DNA of 63,985 bases, counting the filler, from Olpidium bornovanus S191 (lineage: Eukaryota > Fungi > Olpidiomycota): NCBI GenBank assembly GCA_017911155.1. It is 31 parts of 31 records of this genome, joined end to end, with 100 filler letters (N's around TTAATTAATTAA, not from the genome) between each part and the next. Parts side by side here need not be neighbours in the genome. Positions count along the whole stretch, not along the records: positions 1 to 4,900 come from JAEFCI010002045.1; positions 5,001 to 8,675 come from JAEFCI010000476.1; positions 8,776 to 9,844 come from JAEFCI010009606.1; positions 9,945 to 14,838 come from JAEFCI010002629.1; 27 more parts are not named here. One strand, written 5' to 3'. The notes below the pieces were generated by a model that saw only the letters and a list, made by a program, of their open reading frames with translations, was not told the origin of the DNA and did not search any database. Positions 1 to 10,577 of the stretch are shown one piece after another (the first letter of the stretch is position 1; the number at the start of each line of letters is the position of its first letter). Position numbers and translations under genes: made by a program.

Positions 1-411
1 CCCCCCCCCCCCCCCCCCCCCCCCCCCCCTTTTCTCACCCCCCCAACAGCCCCGCCTTCCCCTTCGGCCGGGGGTGTGGGGATGGGGGGGAAAGGCGGCA
101 GCAGCAGAAACGGGGGACGGGGCGTTCGCGCTCGGCCGTGTGGAGCGGGCTGCAGCACGCACCCTCTCGGCGCGCAGCTCGGCCTCCTTTTCTCCCAACC
201 CCCCCCCTTCCCCCCGCCCCCTTCCCCCTCTCCCTCGGCCAGGGGGAGATAGGGAGGTAGGAGAACGGGGTCGGGGCCGTTTTGCGCTCGCGGTGCGGAG
301 CGGGCCGCAGCACACGCCCTCTCGCGCGCAATGGGAACGCGCTGTGCGGGTGAGGTCCGGCTGGGGCTCTCCGTCCGGGAAACGGCGGGGGGGCGAGGCT
401 CTCTCCCCACC

Positions 412-554
412 TGTTAGGAATAAGGAACCGAGCTAAGACGTAGCGCACTGCGCGCACCCGCCCGGAGATTTTTCGCTTTTCTCTCCTTCTACGTAAAACC
501 CGGCAGATCGGCGGAATACTGGAGAGCTCTTTCTTCAAAACCTCATATTCTACA
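412..554 (+). mobile_element. Putative short 5' LTR (about 143 bp) of Copia-type element 1
   Basis: Begins TGTTAGGAAT and ends ATATTCTACA (imperfect inverted termini, TG...CA); the PBS follows immediately. Confidence 0.6.
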
Positions 555-566
555 GGTTATGAGCCC
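555..566 (+). promoter_or_regulatory. Primer-binding site, half-tRNAiMet type (GGTTATGAGCCC)
   Basis: Reverse complement of the initiator tRNA-Met anticodon arm (GGGCTCATAACC), the PBS type of Ty5 and Drosophila copia; lies directly after a ...ACA LTR end. Confidence 0.85.
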
Positions 567-574
567 AAACCGCT

Positions 575-930
575 GACTCCCCCGTCCAAAACCGCTGACT
601 CCCCGTCCAAACCTTTGACACCCCGTCCCAACCATCACCACCACCAATCCAGCTCAAGCCGTCCGTCGGCGCTCGCGAAGAGAAGCCGTCCATCGGCGCT
701 CGCGAAGAGGAGAAGAAGAAGCCGTCAGTCGGCGTCCCGTTCACGCCGCTCGTCCGGCGAACCGCTCGCGCCGCTCGTCCGGCGAACCGCTCGCCGTCCG
801 TCGTCGCACCGCTCGCCGTCCGTCGGCACACCCTTCGCCGTCCGCCGGCTCACCGCTTGCCGTCCGTCGGCGCACCGCCCTCGCCGTCCATCGGCGCTCC
901 GCTCACCCCGTCCGTCGGCGCTCGCAAAAA
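575..930 (+). repeat. GC-rich degenerate tandem repeats in the leader of element 1 (CCGTCCGTCGGCGCTCGC-like units)
   Basis: Repeated ccgtc(c/g)gtcggcgctcgc and cgctcgtccggcgaac units are directly visible. Confidence 0.8.
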
Positions 931-2703
931 GAAAAGGGAACGCCACCCGTTGGCACAAAACCCCAAAGATCAGAAGGGACGAAGGTGGCCAACCATGCGG
1001 CCGCAACACTTACACCCCGTGCGGTGGACAATGCGCCATGCTCGAGCTGAAGGAACGACAACTCCAGAAGGAGAACAGCCCGAACTGCCAACTGAAGCCT
1101 ACCGAACCCCGGAGCGAAGAGGACGCACAAGTACCGTTGAGAACCGTGGGCGTGTAGCAAGAAGCGCCACCAGAGACTCCATACTGACTAGTGCGTCAAG
1201 AGTTTCCCAACTCTCAGCAAAGGATCAACAAATCGTAGTTTCTGTGCTCCTCCGCCACGAACAAACTCAAAAAGACATTGAACGTGACAACCAACGAGGA
1301 GAGCTGGAAGAACTCAAAAGGCAGGTCGCAGACTTACAAGAAGAGAAGTCGACCAGGGCACAGGAGCTCGAGGACTACCGTGACACAGTCAAGAAACTTG
1401 CTGACGAAGGCAGATACAGCACACACACAAAACAGAGCGAACTGCCAAGGAATCCCGGACTTCGCCTTGACTGCGCTGCTCAACTCGGTGCCGCAATACC
1501 ACAGGAGCCGGTGGCGTTACAGCCATCATGACCTTAATTACCAAAATGGGGAATGCCATCCAAGCCGCGCAATTAAACGAGCAAGTGGCCCTGGCCGTGG
1601 CAGTCAACAAACTGGCAGAACAAGCTGCAATACCCTGGCTCACCCATGCCAAGGACAACAGGCCGGGTAGCCCCAGACGATGGACTATTTGGAGTGACCT
1701 GAAGGATGCTTTAAATGAGCATTTATTCCCAAGGGAACACAAAAAAGCAATGGAGAAAACTCTGACCAACATCCCCCAAAGTAAGTGCGGGGATCTCGAA
1801 AAGTACATTGAACAGTTCAACTGCCACCACCGAAGAACGAGCCGTATTGGACAATGACATTCCTTGAGGGCCTTACTGGAGACCGCAAGGGCCGTGTTAT
1901 AATGATGGAGCCTGACCTTAAACCACTTGCATAAAGTGCAAGAAGCAGTAAGACGGGATCTGCGTATCATGGGAGACACGGACAGACGAACCCCTCAACG
2001 TGCATGAGTAGCGGGGACGTGAAACAAGCCGCCACCGCGCCATACGTTCAAGCCGACCGTCATGCTGATGAAAAGCAATCGGGGCATCAACGCCAAAATT
2101 ACATGCCACAACTGCGGTAAACGAGGTCGCATCACAAGAGAGTGCCGTTCACCACCAAAGCACAACCCCGAAAGGACAGAAACGGCGGAACGTCAAACGA
2201 GTCCCCACGGCCAACCAACCCCAGCGTTGCCTTCCATGCAGGAAGTAACGATTCGAAGCAGCAGACCGTCCGTGCTGTTCTGGACAGTGGGTGCACCCGT
2301 CATGTGCTCAACCAACAAGAGTGGATTGCATCTATGAGCCCCACGTCCCAAGCAGTATGTACTGCAACGAAGGACAATGACCAGCATGTCGACGCTCATG
2401 GAAACGTGCATCTCCATGCTGTTGACACCAAGGCAGAGCTGACGCTGGAGGATGCATTATACACACCGTCCTTCAGGATGCCGCTCATTTCGGTCCCAGC
2501 GGCAACCTACAAAGGACTTGATGTCATCTTCAAGGCAGATGGAAAAGCTTTGATTGTCAAAGGCGGAAAACTCGATTATGATGAACTCATTGCAACTGGC
2601 ACACCGGATGATACGACAAGGCTCTTCCATATGAATGTAAGACTCTCAGTGACAGACAGGGGCCCAAGCCAACTAGCGTTCGCGGCAAGTCCAGTGGCGG
2701 ACC
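857..2703 (+). pseudogene. Decayed Copia-type gag / zinc knuckle / aspartic protease, truncated before integrase
   Basis: Coiled-coil segment, gag motif WSDLKDALNEHLF...LTNIPQSKCGDLEKYIEQFN, degenerate knuckle CHNCGKRGRITREC (H to R), Copia protease VLDSGCTRHVLN...LEDALYTPSFRMPLISV. Split across frames, and cut at 2704 by another LTR. Confidence 0.85.
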
Positions 2704-2791
2704 TGTCGTACATATATGCCCTAGTCGAGAGTAACGAGAAAAACCCCTGCTGCGGAAAATACAAAATTAAAGGGCGGAAAACCAAACGACA
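2704..2791 (+). mobile_element. Putative very short 5' LTR (88 bp) of element 2, inserted into element 1
   Basis: Perfect 6-bp inverted termini TGTCGT...ACGACA, internal CATATATG, immediately followed by a PBS. Confidence 0.6.
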
Positions 2792-2803
2792 GGTTATGAG
2801 CCC
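2792..2803 (+). promoter_or_regulatory. Primer-binding site, half-tRNAiMet type
   Basis: GGTTATGAGCCC; shares 20 nt (GGTTATGAGCCCAACGGGAC) with the copy at 7591. Confidence 0.85.
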
Positions 2804-2819
2804 AACGGGACTCTGACGC

Positions 2820-3110
2820 TCCCGCCGCTGTACGGTCGCCGCCGTCCCCGCCGCTGCGCGCCCCCGCCATCGCGGGGTGCCGCCGCCGTCACCGCGCGCC
2901 CGCCGCCGCCGCCACCCGCCGCCGCCCAACCGCCGCGCGCCCGGGCCCCGCCGCTGCGCGCCCGCCCCGCCGCAGCCGCCGCCCGTTATCGCCGCGCGCC
3001 GCCGCCACCGCTGCGCGCCCGCCGCCTCCGCCGCCGCGCGCCAACCGCCGCGCAACCACCGCGCGCCGCCGCCGCCACCGCCGCGCGCCGCCACCGCCGC
3101 CGCTCGCCAA
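2820..3110 (+). repeat. CCG-rich low-complexity leader of element 2
   Basis: Dense ccgccg and cgcgcgcc iterations. Confidence 0.8.
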
Positions 3111-4199
3111 CCATGGCGACAAGGTCTCGTGCACCTTTGCCTCACCAAGAGGAAGGGGAGAGCGACTACGACTTCTATAACAGGCTGGCGGCTTGCAGCC
3201 ACGGCAGCTGCAGCTGCTGCAAGTATCTACGAGGCCGAACATCCTCAAGGCGAAAAGGCGCCAAGTACTCCAAGGTACACACCTGAGAGGTCTCCTGGAC
3301 CTGGTCTACCTCCGCCGGCGCCCGCCCGGCTTGCTCCTACGGTCAAGTTCCACCATTCATCTCACCATGAACGTATGCCTGGAGCCTTCAATGCAACTCC
3401 TGCCGCAGTTAACAAGGTCGCCGAGTCGTCCTCTGCGCAGCAACAAGGAAACGCGTCGCATTTCGACCTCCGTGGCCTGGGAACCTTCCTGCCGCAGCAA
3501 CCTCTCCCTCCTGGTGTCGCGGCCCCGCCGGTGTCGTTGGGGAGAGGCAGGGGACTTTTGTACCTGGTGTCGCCGGCCCGGCCGGTGTCGTCGGGGGAGA
3601 AGAGCCCACCGCTGCTGGTACAGGACGTGTTCCTGTCGCAATCCCTCCATCTCCAAGATCTGGTGTCGCTACTGGTGTCGCCGGGACGGAGGAGACGGGA
3701 CGTTGAATTCAAGGTATCCCGGTACAAGTCGATGACCTATACCTCAACGTCGAGAACTACCCCATAGATCCCTACTTCCCAGAGTACTACTGCTGGAAGC
3801 AGCGCGAGAAGTTGCCGTTCATCGCACCTGAGATGGACTTCCAGTTCTTTCTCAGCTGGCGCATGACACGGATCCATTGAGGCCCACTGGATAGCGCTCT
3901 ACACCAAGTTCCCTACAAGAAGCTGGCAGCAGTAATGCGCACCAGTTCAACGATGGAATTCCCCCAGACCGACAACGGCTTACCATACAACCAAGAACAC
4001 GACAACGCGTCCACACATCTAATCAAGACTTCCGAATCCCTGAAAACGTTCAAATCCGAGAGTCATCACGGCTGTTGTTCATCAAGCCCAAACCTGTCCG
4101 ATCCATCAGGCAACGATGGATCCGATTCTGACACAAGTTCTGCCGATCGCCGGCGCAGATCTCGTGACAAGAAATCAAGTCGACATCGATCTCGCAGCA

Positions 4200-4900
4200 G
4201 ATTGATTGACAAAGAGCACGTGCTGGCTATACGCGATGCAGGCAAGGCAATGCTCGCCGACGTCAAGCCGTACGACGGCGCCGGCGGGCCGCAACGGCAG
4301 CTGACGTTTGAGGAGAAGCTCGAGGAGGACCAAGAAGTCATGAATCTACCTTCCAAACTCTTCCTGCAAGTTGCCGTCTAGAAGTTGATCGGTGACGCAC
4401 ACTCACTGTACATCAGCAACAAGTGCAAGTACTCGGACGACCATCCCATGCGCATATGCTCATGGGATGACCTCAAGGCGGCTCTACGCTCAAAGTTCCT
4501 ACCTACCTCCGGACTTTGAACCTGATACCTACAAGAAACTTCATGCATGCCAGCAGAAGTCTGGTTCGGTCCACGCGTGCAATCTCTCCTTCAACAAGCT
4601 GGCAATCCCGTTGGAGGGAGTCGTGCCGGAGTCGCTGGTAAAGCAAGCATACATCAACGGACTGGAGGAACCGGTCAAAATCGCAGTACTCTCAGATCTG
4701 ACTCATAGTTCATCAATGGAGTACTTGCAGTCGATCGCCCTCCGTATGGGCAAAGCGATTGGGACAGAAAAGCCCGACAAGAGTGACAAGCGCCCGCCTG
4801 CATCAGCGAATGCGGCTCCGACAAATAGCAGATCGTCCAAGGGCAAGTTGAAGGAAAAGAGCAGGACCGACAAATCACGGCCAGGTGGGGGGCATCATGC
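4200..4900 (+). pseudogene. Decayed retrotransposon gag (capsid-like), truncated at contig end
   Basis: VKPYDGAGG...; in-frame TAG at 4379-4381; SWDDLKAALRSKFL, then a frameshift into YKKLHACQQKSGSV...YINGLEEPVK (Retrotrans_gag-like pattern). Confidence 0.75.
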
Positions 4901-5000
4901 NNNNNNNNNNNNNNNNNNNNNNNNNNNNNNNNNNNNNNNNNNNNTTAATTAATTAANNNNNNNNNNNNNNNNNNNNNNNNNNNNNNNNNNNNNNNNNNNN
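4901..5000. other. Artificial contig-joining spacer (N44-TTAATTAATTAA-N44), first of 30. The 12-mers start at 4945, 8720, 9889, 14883, 17104, 18402, 20101, 21474, 22845, 26600, 28093, 29937, 31812, 37374, 38777, 40289, 41510, 43340, 44460, 46452, 47602, 49920, 51827, 53650, 55119, 56232, 57922, 59031, 60830, 62698
   Basis: Identical 100-bp unit repeated 30 times; TTAATTAATTAA places stop codons in all six frames, a standard pseudomolecule linker design. Confidence 0.99.
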
Positions 5001-5099
5001 CCGGGTGAGTTTCCGCTAATTCCCTCCGCGTTCCCCCTTCGCCCCCCCCCCCCCCCCCCCCCGGGGGGGCCCCCCCCCCACCCAACCCCCCCCCCCCCG

Positions 5100-5435
5100 A
5101 CTGCCCCTGTACCCCACCGCACGCGAGAGCTCGGAGCCCCACGTGGTAACTGCGCGGGAAGGGACCGGACGCACCGCGTCGACAGATGCGACGTCGAGGG
5201 ACGGCTTTGCCGCCGACTTGCCTTCCGCTCGACGTCGACGGGCATAAATAGTGTCTCCTCTGCTCCGTAGCTCGACGCACTTCCATAGAACTTTCTTGGC
5301 TTGCCTCTTCGTTACTTTGAGTACTTTACCTGGAGAGTAATATCTCTCCAAACCGGAATACAAAACGCTTCTTTACCGCGACCTCCTTAACTAAGGACCG
5401 TACCGCGAGTTCTGAGCCTGACCCGACTCTCCACA
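5100..5435 (+). mobile_element. Possible solo or 3' LTR abutting the Gypsy integrase (left boundary uncertain)
   Basis: TATA-like CATAAATAG near 5243; ends CTCCACA at the point where Gypsy integrase similarity stops. Confidence 0.35.
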
Positions 5436-7174
5436 GTACAAATACAATGTCGTCGAGCGGTAGCAGGGCGCGCAGGGACCCCATCGGGTGAAACCCGTTT
5501 TTTGCGACCTTGTACTCCAAGCAGGGTTGGCAGAGTCGGATATGGGAGAGAATATCGGCGACCATGGTCAGCCAATACAGGTTGTCGGAGTGCATGCGCT
5601 TGACAATGGCCGTGACGCCGAAGTGTCCGGCCTCGTCGTGGTAATGGTGGATGAGCGCTTCGCTGTCGCGCTTTGGGACCAAGGTGCGGGTTGCGTCCTC
5701 CGCCATGCTGATGACCATGGCGGCCAGCGCGATGTCGTGAGTCAAGGTCATGGGATCATCCGGCGGAGTTGGAAGGTAGATCTGTGAAAAGTGGTCAGGC
5801 AGGATGTTGAGGATGCCGGGCAGATGGACCACGGTTAACGTGAATGACAAGAGGGTCTCGAGCCAGTTGGCGGAGAGAATGTCGAGCTTAGTGTATTTGT
5901 TGGTTGAGGTGCTGGAGCGCGCTGTGATCCGTGAAGAAGGTAAAGGATTGACCGATCAGTGATGGCGGAACTTGTTCAGGGCAAAGATAATAGAAAGGAG
6001 TTCGCGTTTGGTTGTGGAGTACGACTTCTTGGCCTTGTTAAGCACCCGGGACGCAAAGGCCATGAAGTGCTGTCACCCAGTGTCATCATGCTGGAACAGC
6101 ACCGTGCTGATGCCCAACATAGAAGCGTCAGTGCCGACAGCAAAAGGGCGTCCGGGGACCAGGCGCTTCAAGACGGGGGTTTGGCTGAGGGCCTGGAGGA
6201 AGGCCTGCCAGCATTGCTGGTGCTGAGTCATCCAGAGCGGCTGAATGTCATGGACCTTCTTGAGGGACTCCAGGATGGACGCGAGACGAGCATAGAAAGG
6301 TATGTGCTGGCGGAAGAAATTGAAGAGGCTTAGGAAATGAGCGAGCTGATCTCCGGTTGTTGGCGCGGGCCACTGGAGGACATTGCGCAGCATCCGGTGG
6401 TCGATACCAACACCGCTGACGCCAACAACGAAGCTGAGGCCGTAAACGTGTTACACAGCGAGAACCGTCTTGGGCCAGTTGATGAGGATATTGTTGCGCG
6501 TGCATGCGGCGATGACCGGAGCTCAGTCGTCCGTTGGCGGGAGAACCTGGGAGCTGACGAAGATGTCATCAACAAAAGGCTTGCCCACAGTGTGCTGAAG
6601 GATGATTTTCATGACCCGCGTGATATTTGCTCGTGAGAGTCTTGAGCCCAAATGGCGCCCGCACAAACATGTACTGAATGCCTTGCCACGTGAAGGACAG
6701 GTAAATGTGATCGATCAGCGAGGTATACCAGGAGGCGGCCGTAGGCGTCATGCATGTCGAACCGGGAGAGGATGGTGCAACCCGTGAGCTCATCAAAGAT
6801 GTCACAGATGGGTGGGATCAGGTATCGGTTGTCAGGGATGTGCGCATTGACGGCCCAAGGATCTAGGCAGACACGCCTGGTGGACGGGTCCCGCTCTCCG
6901 TCCGTGCCTTTCTTCGGTGCGGTGGTCAACAGGTTGTTGTACGGATTATCCACCTATATGCCCGGTCGCATGCCACTTGTCGACCGTGGCGTCAACAACA
7001 GGATGATAAGCCTTGGGTATGGGGTATTGCCAAACATATAATCATGCGGTGTTGAGGTGGACGATGGCTTTGGGAAGCGAGCAGATGGCATCGTCTGGGA
7101 TCGCCTTGTTGGCAGCAATGATGTAACAAAGTCTTTTATTGTCGTGCGCTTTCAGCGCGATCAAGACGACAACT
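5436..7174 (-). pseudogene. Decayed Ty3/Gypsy pol (RT - RNase H - integrase zinc finger)
   Basis: QYPIP...DKWHATGHI, RVCLDPWAVN, FDMHDAY, FVRAPFGLK, FVDDI, DASMLG, RELLSIIFALNKF, HDEAGHFG...CQPC. RT-RH-INT order indicates Gypsy; many stops and frameshifts. Confidence 0.92.
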
Positions 7175-7466
7175 TGTCGAGAAAAGGCTAAGTCTAGCTT
7201 GAGGTTCGAGGACGGGATCGGGATCTGGATCGAGGTGTGAGTTTTGACTCTGGGGCTCTCTCTGGAACTACGAGGTTCTGGGATTTTTATAGGCGTATCG
7301 GCGTGTAGCCCTCGCCTTTTTGACGGCTCGTAATTAGAGTCCCTTGCACGAGCATGGCGTGTCCGAGTGTGTGGTGTGCCCGCGGGTGTGTGGCGCCCGC
7401 TGGTGTGCGGGTGTGCCGTTGTATTGTCTCACCCCCTGAGCGTGGGGCGTCCCATGCGGGCGGTCT
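7175..7466 (-). mobile_element. Possible LTR fragment inserted between the Gypsy protease region and RT
   Basis: Gypsy coding similarity stops at TGTCGAG (7175); minus-strand TATAAAAA at about 7284-7291; the far end is replaced by the next LTR. Confidence 0.35.
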
Positions 7467-7590
7467 TGTTGAATTCTCACCTATTTTTCCTTCTCGCCTT
7501 CTTGGAACCCCTGAATGTTCAATGTACTTTACGCGTAACCGCCCCTCTTTTGAATAAACACCTATGCGGCGAAACACATAACTCACAACA
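7467..7590 (+). mobile_element. Putative short 5' LTR (124 bp) of Copia-type element 3
   Basis: Perfect TGTTG...CAACA termini as in Ty5/copia LTRs, AATAAA near 7554, PBS follows immediately. Confidence 0.7.
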
Positions 7591-7602
7591 GGTTATGAGC
7601 CC
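7591..7602 (+). promoter_or_regulatory. Primer-binding site, half-tRNAiMet type
   Basis: GGTTATGAGCCC directly after CAACA. Confidence 0.85.
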
Positions 7603-7649
7603 AACGGGACGCCCCTTCCCCTCCCGTTGACGCGCCGGCGCTCCCTCCA

Positions 7650-8470
7650 TCTTTCCAAACACTCCGGCAGCCGCTGCGTTTTTCCGGCCGCCGCCGCCTC
7701 TTTCCGGCCGCCGCTGCTTTTCGCTGCTGCGCGCCGCCGCCACTGCCCACCGCCGCTCCACCGCAGCCGCCGTAAGCCATCTTTCCGATCGCCTCTGCAG
7801 CCTGCGCTTCTCCGCCGCCGCCGCAAGCCATCTTAGATCGCCTCTGCAGCCTGTGCCGCCGCTTTTGCGCTTCGCTCTGCGCTTTTCGCCGCCTTTCGCC
7901 GCCGCCGCCGCTGTGCTTTTCCGGCTGCCGCCGCCTCTTTCCGGCCTCCGCCGCCTCTTTCCCGCCGCCGCCGCAGCCGCTGCGCTCCATCGCCGCCTCC
8001 GCCACCGCCGTCTTTGCCGAACACCATCCTTTCACAAGGATTGTCACTTTGCTTTGCCGGCCGCCGCCGCCGCTGCTCACCGCCGCAGCCGCTGCTCACC
8101 ATCACCGCCGTTTTCCGGCAGACGCTGCGCTTTTCGCCGCCTTTCGCCGCCGCCGCATCTTTGCCGCCGCTGCATTTTTCGCCGCCGCCGCATCTTTGCC
8201 GCCACCGCTTTTGCGCTTCGCCCTGCGTTTCGCCGCCGTTTTTTTTTTTCGCCGCCGCTGCGCTTTTTTTCGCCGCCGCCGCTGCTGCTCACCGCCACCG
8301 CCGCAGCCCGGCGCTCACCATCGCCGCCGCGTTCCGGCAGACGCTGCGCTTTCCGCCGCCTCTTTCCGGCCGCCGCAGCCTCTTTCCGACCGCCGCCGCC
8401 TCTTTCCGACCGCCACCGCCTCTTTCCGGCCGCCGCCGCCTCTTTCCGACCGCCGCCGCCTCTTTCTGGC
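7650..8470 (+). repeat. Long GC-rich tandem-repeat leader of element 3 (CCGCCGCCGCCTCTTTCCG(G/A) and GCTGCGCTTTT units)
   Basis: Near-perfect units of about 19-20 bp at 8355-8470, degenerate copies upstream. Confidence 0.85.
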
Positions 8471-9036
8471 CGACGCTGCAACGAGCTGCAGTGACCAGTG
8501 CCTTATGATGATGATCATGATCGCCCTAGCGCTGCGAAAGGCAGCAAGGGTGCTATTTTTTCTGCTGCATCACGTTTCGGGCATGATCTTCCGTCATCAC
8601 CAATAATGGAGAATGCTACTCCTTCACCTCCGCAGGGCACTTCGTCTTGTTATCCACCTATTCCTTCAGGGACAGNNNNNNNNNNNNNNNNNNNNNNNNN
8701 NNNNNNNNNNNNNNNNNNNTTAATTAATTAANNNNNNNNNNNNNNNNNNNNNNNNNNNNNNNNNNNNNNNNNNNNCGCATGCCTTCGGCAGCGCCTCATT
8801 TTCGGGCAATTGTCCGCCCGATTAGAATAAATTGTAGAGCCGCACACGTTGTCAATACGGAATCCGTCAGAACGAAAAGAAAATGCGAGCTCACGCTGAA
8901 CCGACCAACCAGATGTGGACGCCGCTCGCGCAACCCCGCGCGACCTGGAGTCGCCGACTTCCATCTCCTTGATGCCGGCGCAGAGGTCGCAGAAACGCGA
9001 ACCATCTTTTTTCAATTTTTGTCTAGGAGCCCGCTC

Positions 9037-9670
9037 CTATTTCCCTGGCCCTTCGATAATCCTCATCGCATCTGGTTCCGGAAGCGTGCTCGTGATAAGC
9101 TCCAGCAGCTGTTCGCTCTGCTCCGTCGTGAGCCGTTCTTCGCATTCCTCGACAATCTGCTTCGAAGGACCGGGCGGGCGGGAGGGCGGCAAACCAGGGG
9201 AAACAGCGCCGCAAAATCAAAAACGCCGAACGGAGGACGCGCAAAACGGGATGGCTAAGTAAACTAAAAAGCGCGGGAATCGTCGGGTTTCGGAAGAGAG
9301 AGAGAGAGACAGAGAGAGAAAGAGAGAACCACCGTGCAAAATAACAGCGAAACGCGGGGGGGAAAAGACGAACCGCGACGATTTCGACCATCTGCGACGG
9401 CCGGTGGTTAAGTATCTGCAGCTGCTCGGCTTTGGTCAGCCCGAACCCTTGCAAGCCCCGCAGGAGGGCGCGGACGTCCTCGGGGGTCTGGTCTCGGCAC
9501 GGGCCCTCGGACAGGTACCGCAGCAGCTCGAATTCGACCGTCGCCTTCGCCTCGGTCGAGACCGGGTTCTCGGGCGTCGCTGTCTTCTTCCGCTTGTCCT
9601 CGTGCTCCTTCACCACCACGTACACCTCGTAGTTGGAAAGCATCGCGGAGCGGGCGTCGACCACCTCCAT
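9037..9670 (-). CDS. RPC9: RNA polymerase III subunit C17/RPC9 (CRCP family); exons 9670-9374 and 9156-9037
   Basis: MEVVDARSAMLSNYEV...LTKAEQLQILNHRP...EIVA|IVEECEERL; the GT-AG intron 9373-9157 restores the frame and gives a complete ORF. Confidence 0.9.
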
Positions 9671-10577
9671 TGTTCTCTTTTCTTGCGCTTTTCTATTTCC
9701 TTCTTTTTTTTTTTTGTTGCGGTAAAAGGGGTTCTCTCTCTTCCGTCTTCCTTCCTCTCTCCTTTTCCCTTCCGTTGTTTGCGTTTGACGGCGGGAGGAA
9801 GAGCTCCAGGGGGAGCTCCCCTCCCGGTCTTGGCATCTTTGATCNNNNNNNNNNNNNNNNNNNNNNNNNNNNNNNNNNNNNNNNNNNNTTAATTAATTAA
9901 NNNNNNNNNNNNNNNNNNNNNNNNNNNNNNNNNNNNNNNNNNNNCATGTCGCTAACAGGGGGCCCGTTCCCCGGCGGCGACGCCTCCGGCAGAATGGCAG
10001 GGCGCACCCACAAGGATGCCGCACGATTAACGTAGCCGACGTCTTCTCTCCGAGATAAGAAGACAGCACACGGCGAGCGCATCGACACGTGCGGTCGCTG
10101 GCCGGAACACTCTGTACGCCGGCGCCGGGCAGGTCGGTACAGGAAATGTGGCGACGTCACCACTGCTTTACACAATTTGATACATCTCGGAAGTCAGGCC
10201 ACAACCACAGTTCCACTTCCGGCAGACGGCGTCGCGACGCTTTCCTGACGAAGCGCGGCTGCGCGGGCCTTCTCTTGCAGTCTCGCACAGGTACCTGCCG
10301 TCTCTCGGCTTCTCTCGCGAGAAATTCGGCCGGGTCCGTCGCGCGCCTGCTTATATTTTGTCCGAAGTGCTCTCGTCGCTGAGGGGTCAACGATTTCGCC
10401 AATTGCTTGCCGCCCGAAAAAGCGGACTATTCCTCCTCGCCGGGGCGTCTTGTCAGGTAAAAGCACTAACGCTACCACCCGCAGATTCCGGGACTCGGGC
10501 TCATCGAACCTCGATGATTTCCGTTCTCCCAAGTGTTCCGCACTCTGCTAATCTCCTTCAAACTTGATATTCGCGCA

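Noticed and set aside
1-30. Terminal poly-C (and C-runs near 63985) as telomere-like ends
   Set aside because: Plain homopolymers like those at many internal contig ends; no telomeric repeat unit.
7140-7171. Small TGTCGT...ACGACA hairpin matching the termini of LTR 2
   Set aside because: Only 32 bp, and it lies within Gypsy coding-like sequence; probably coincidental.
7583-8606. Long Ala/Arg/Pro-rich ORFs on both strands (also at 550-1160 and 2576-3767)
   Set aside because: Translations of GC-rich tandem repeats that lack stop codons; no domain signal.
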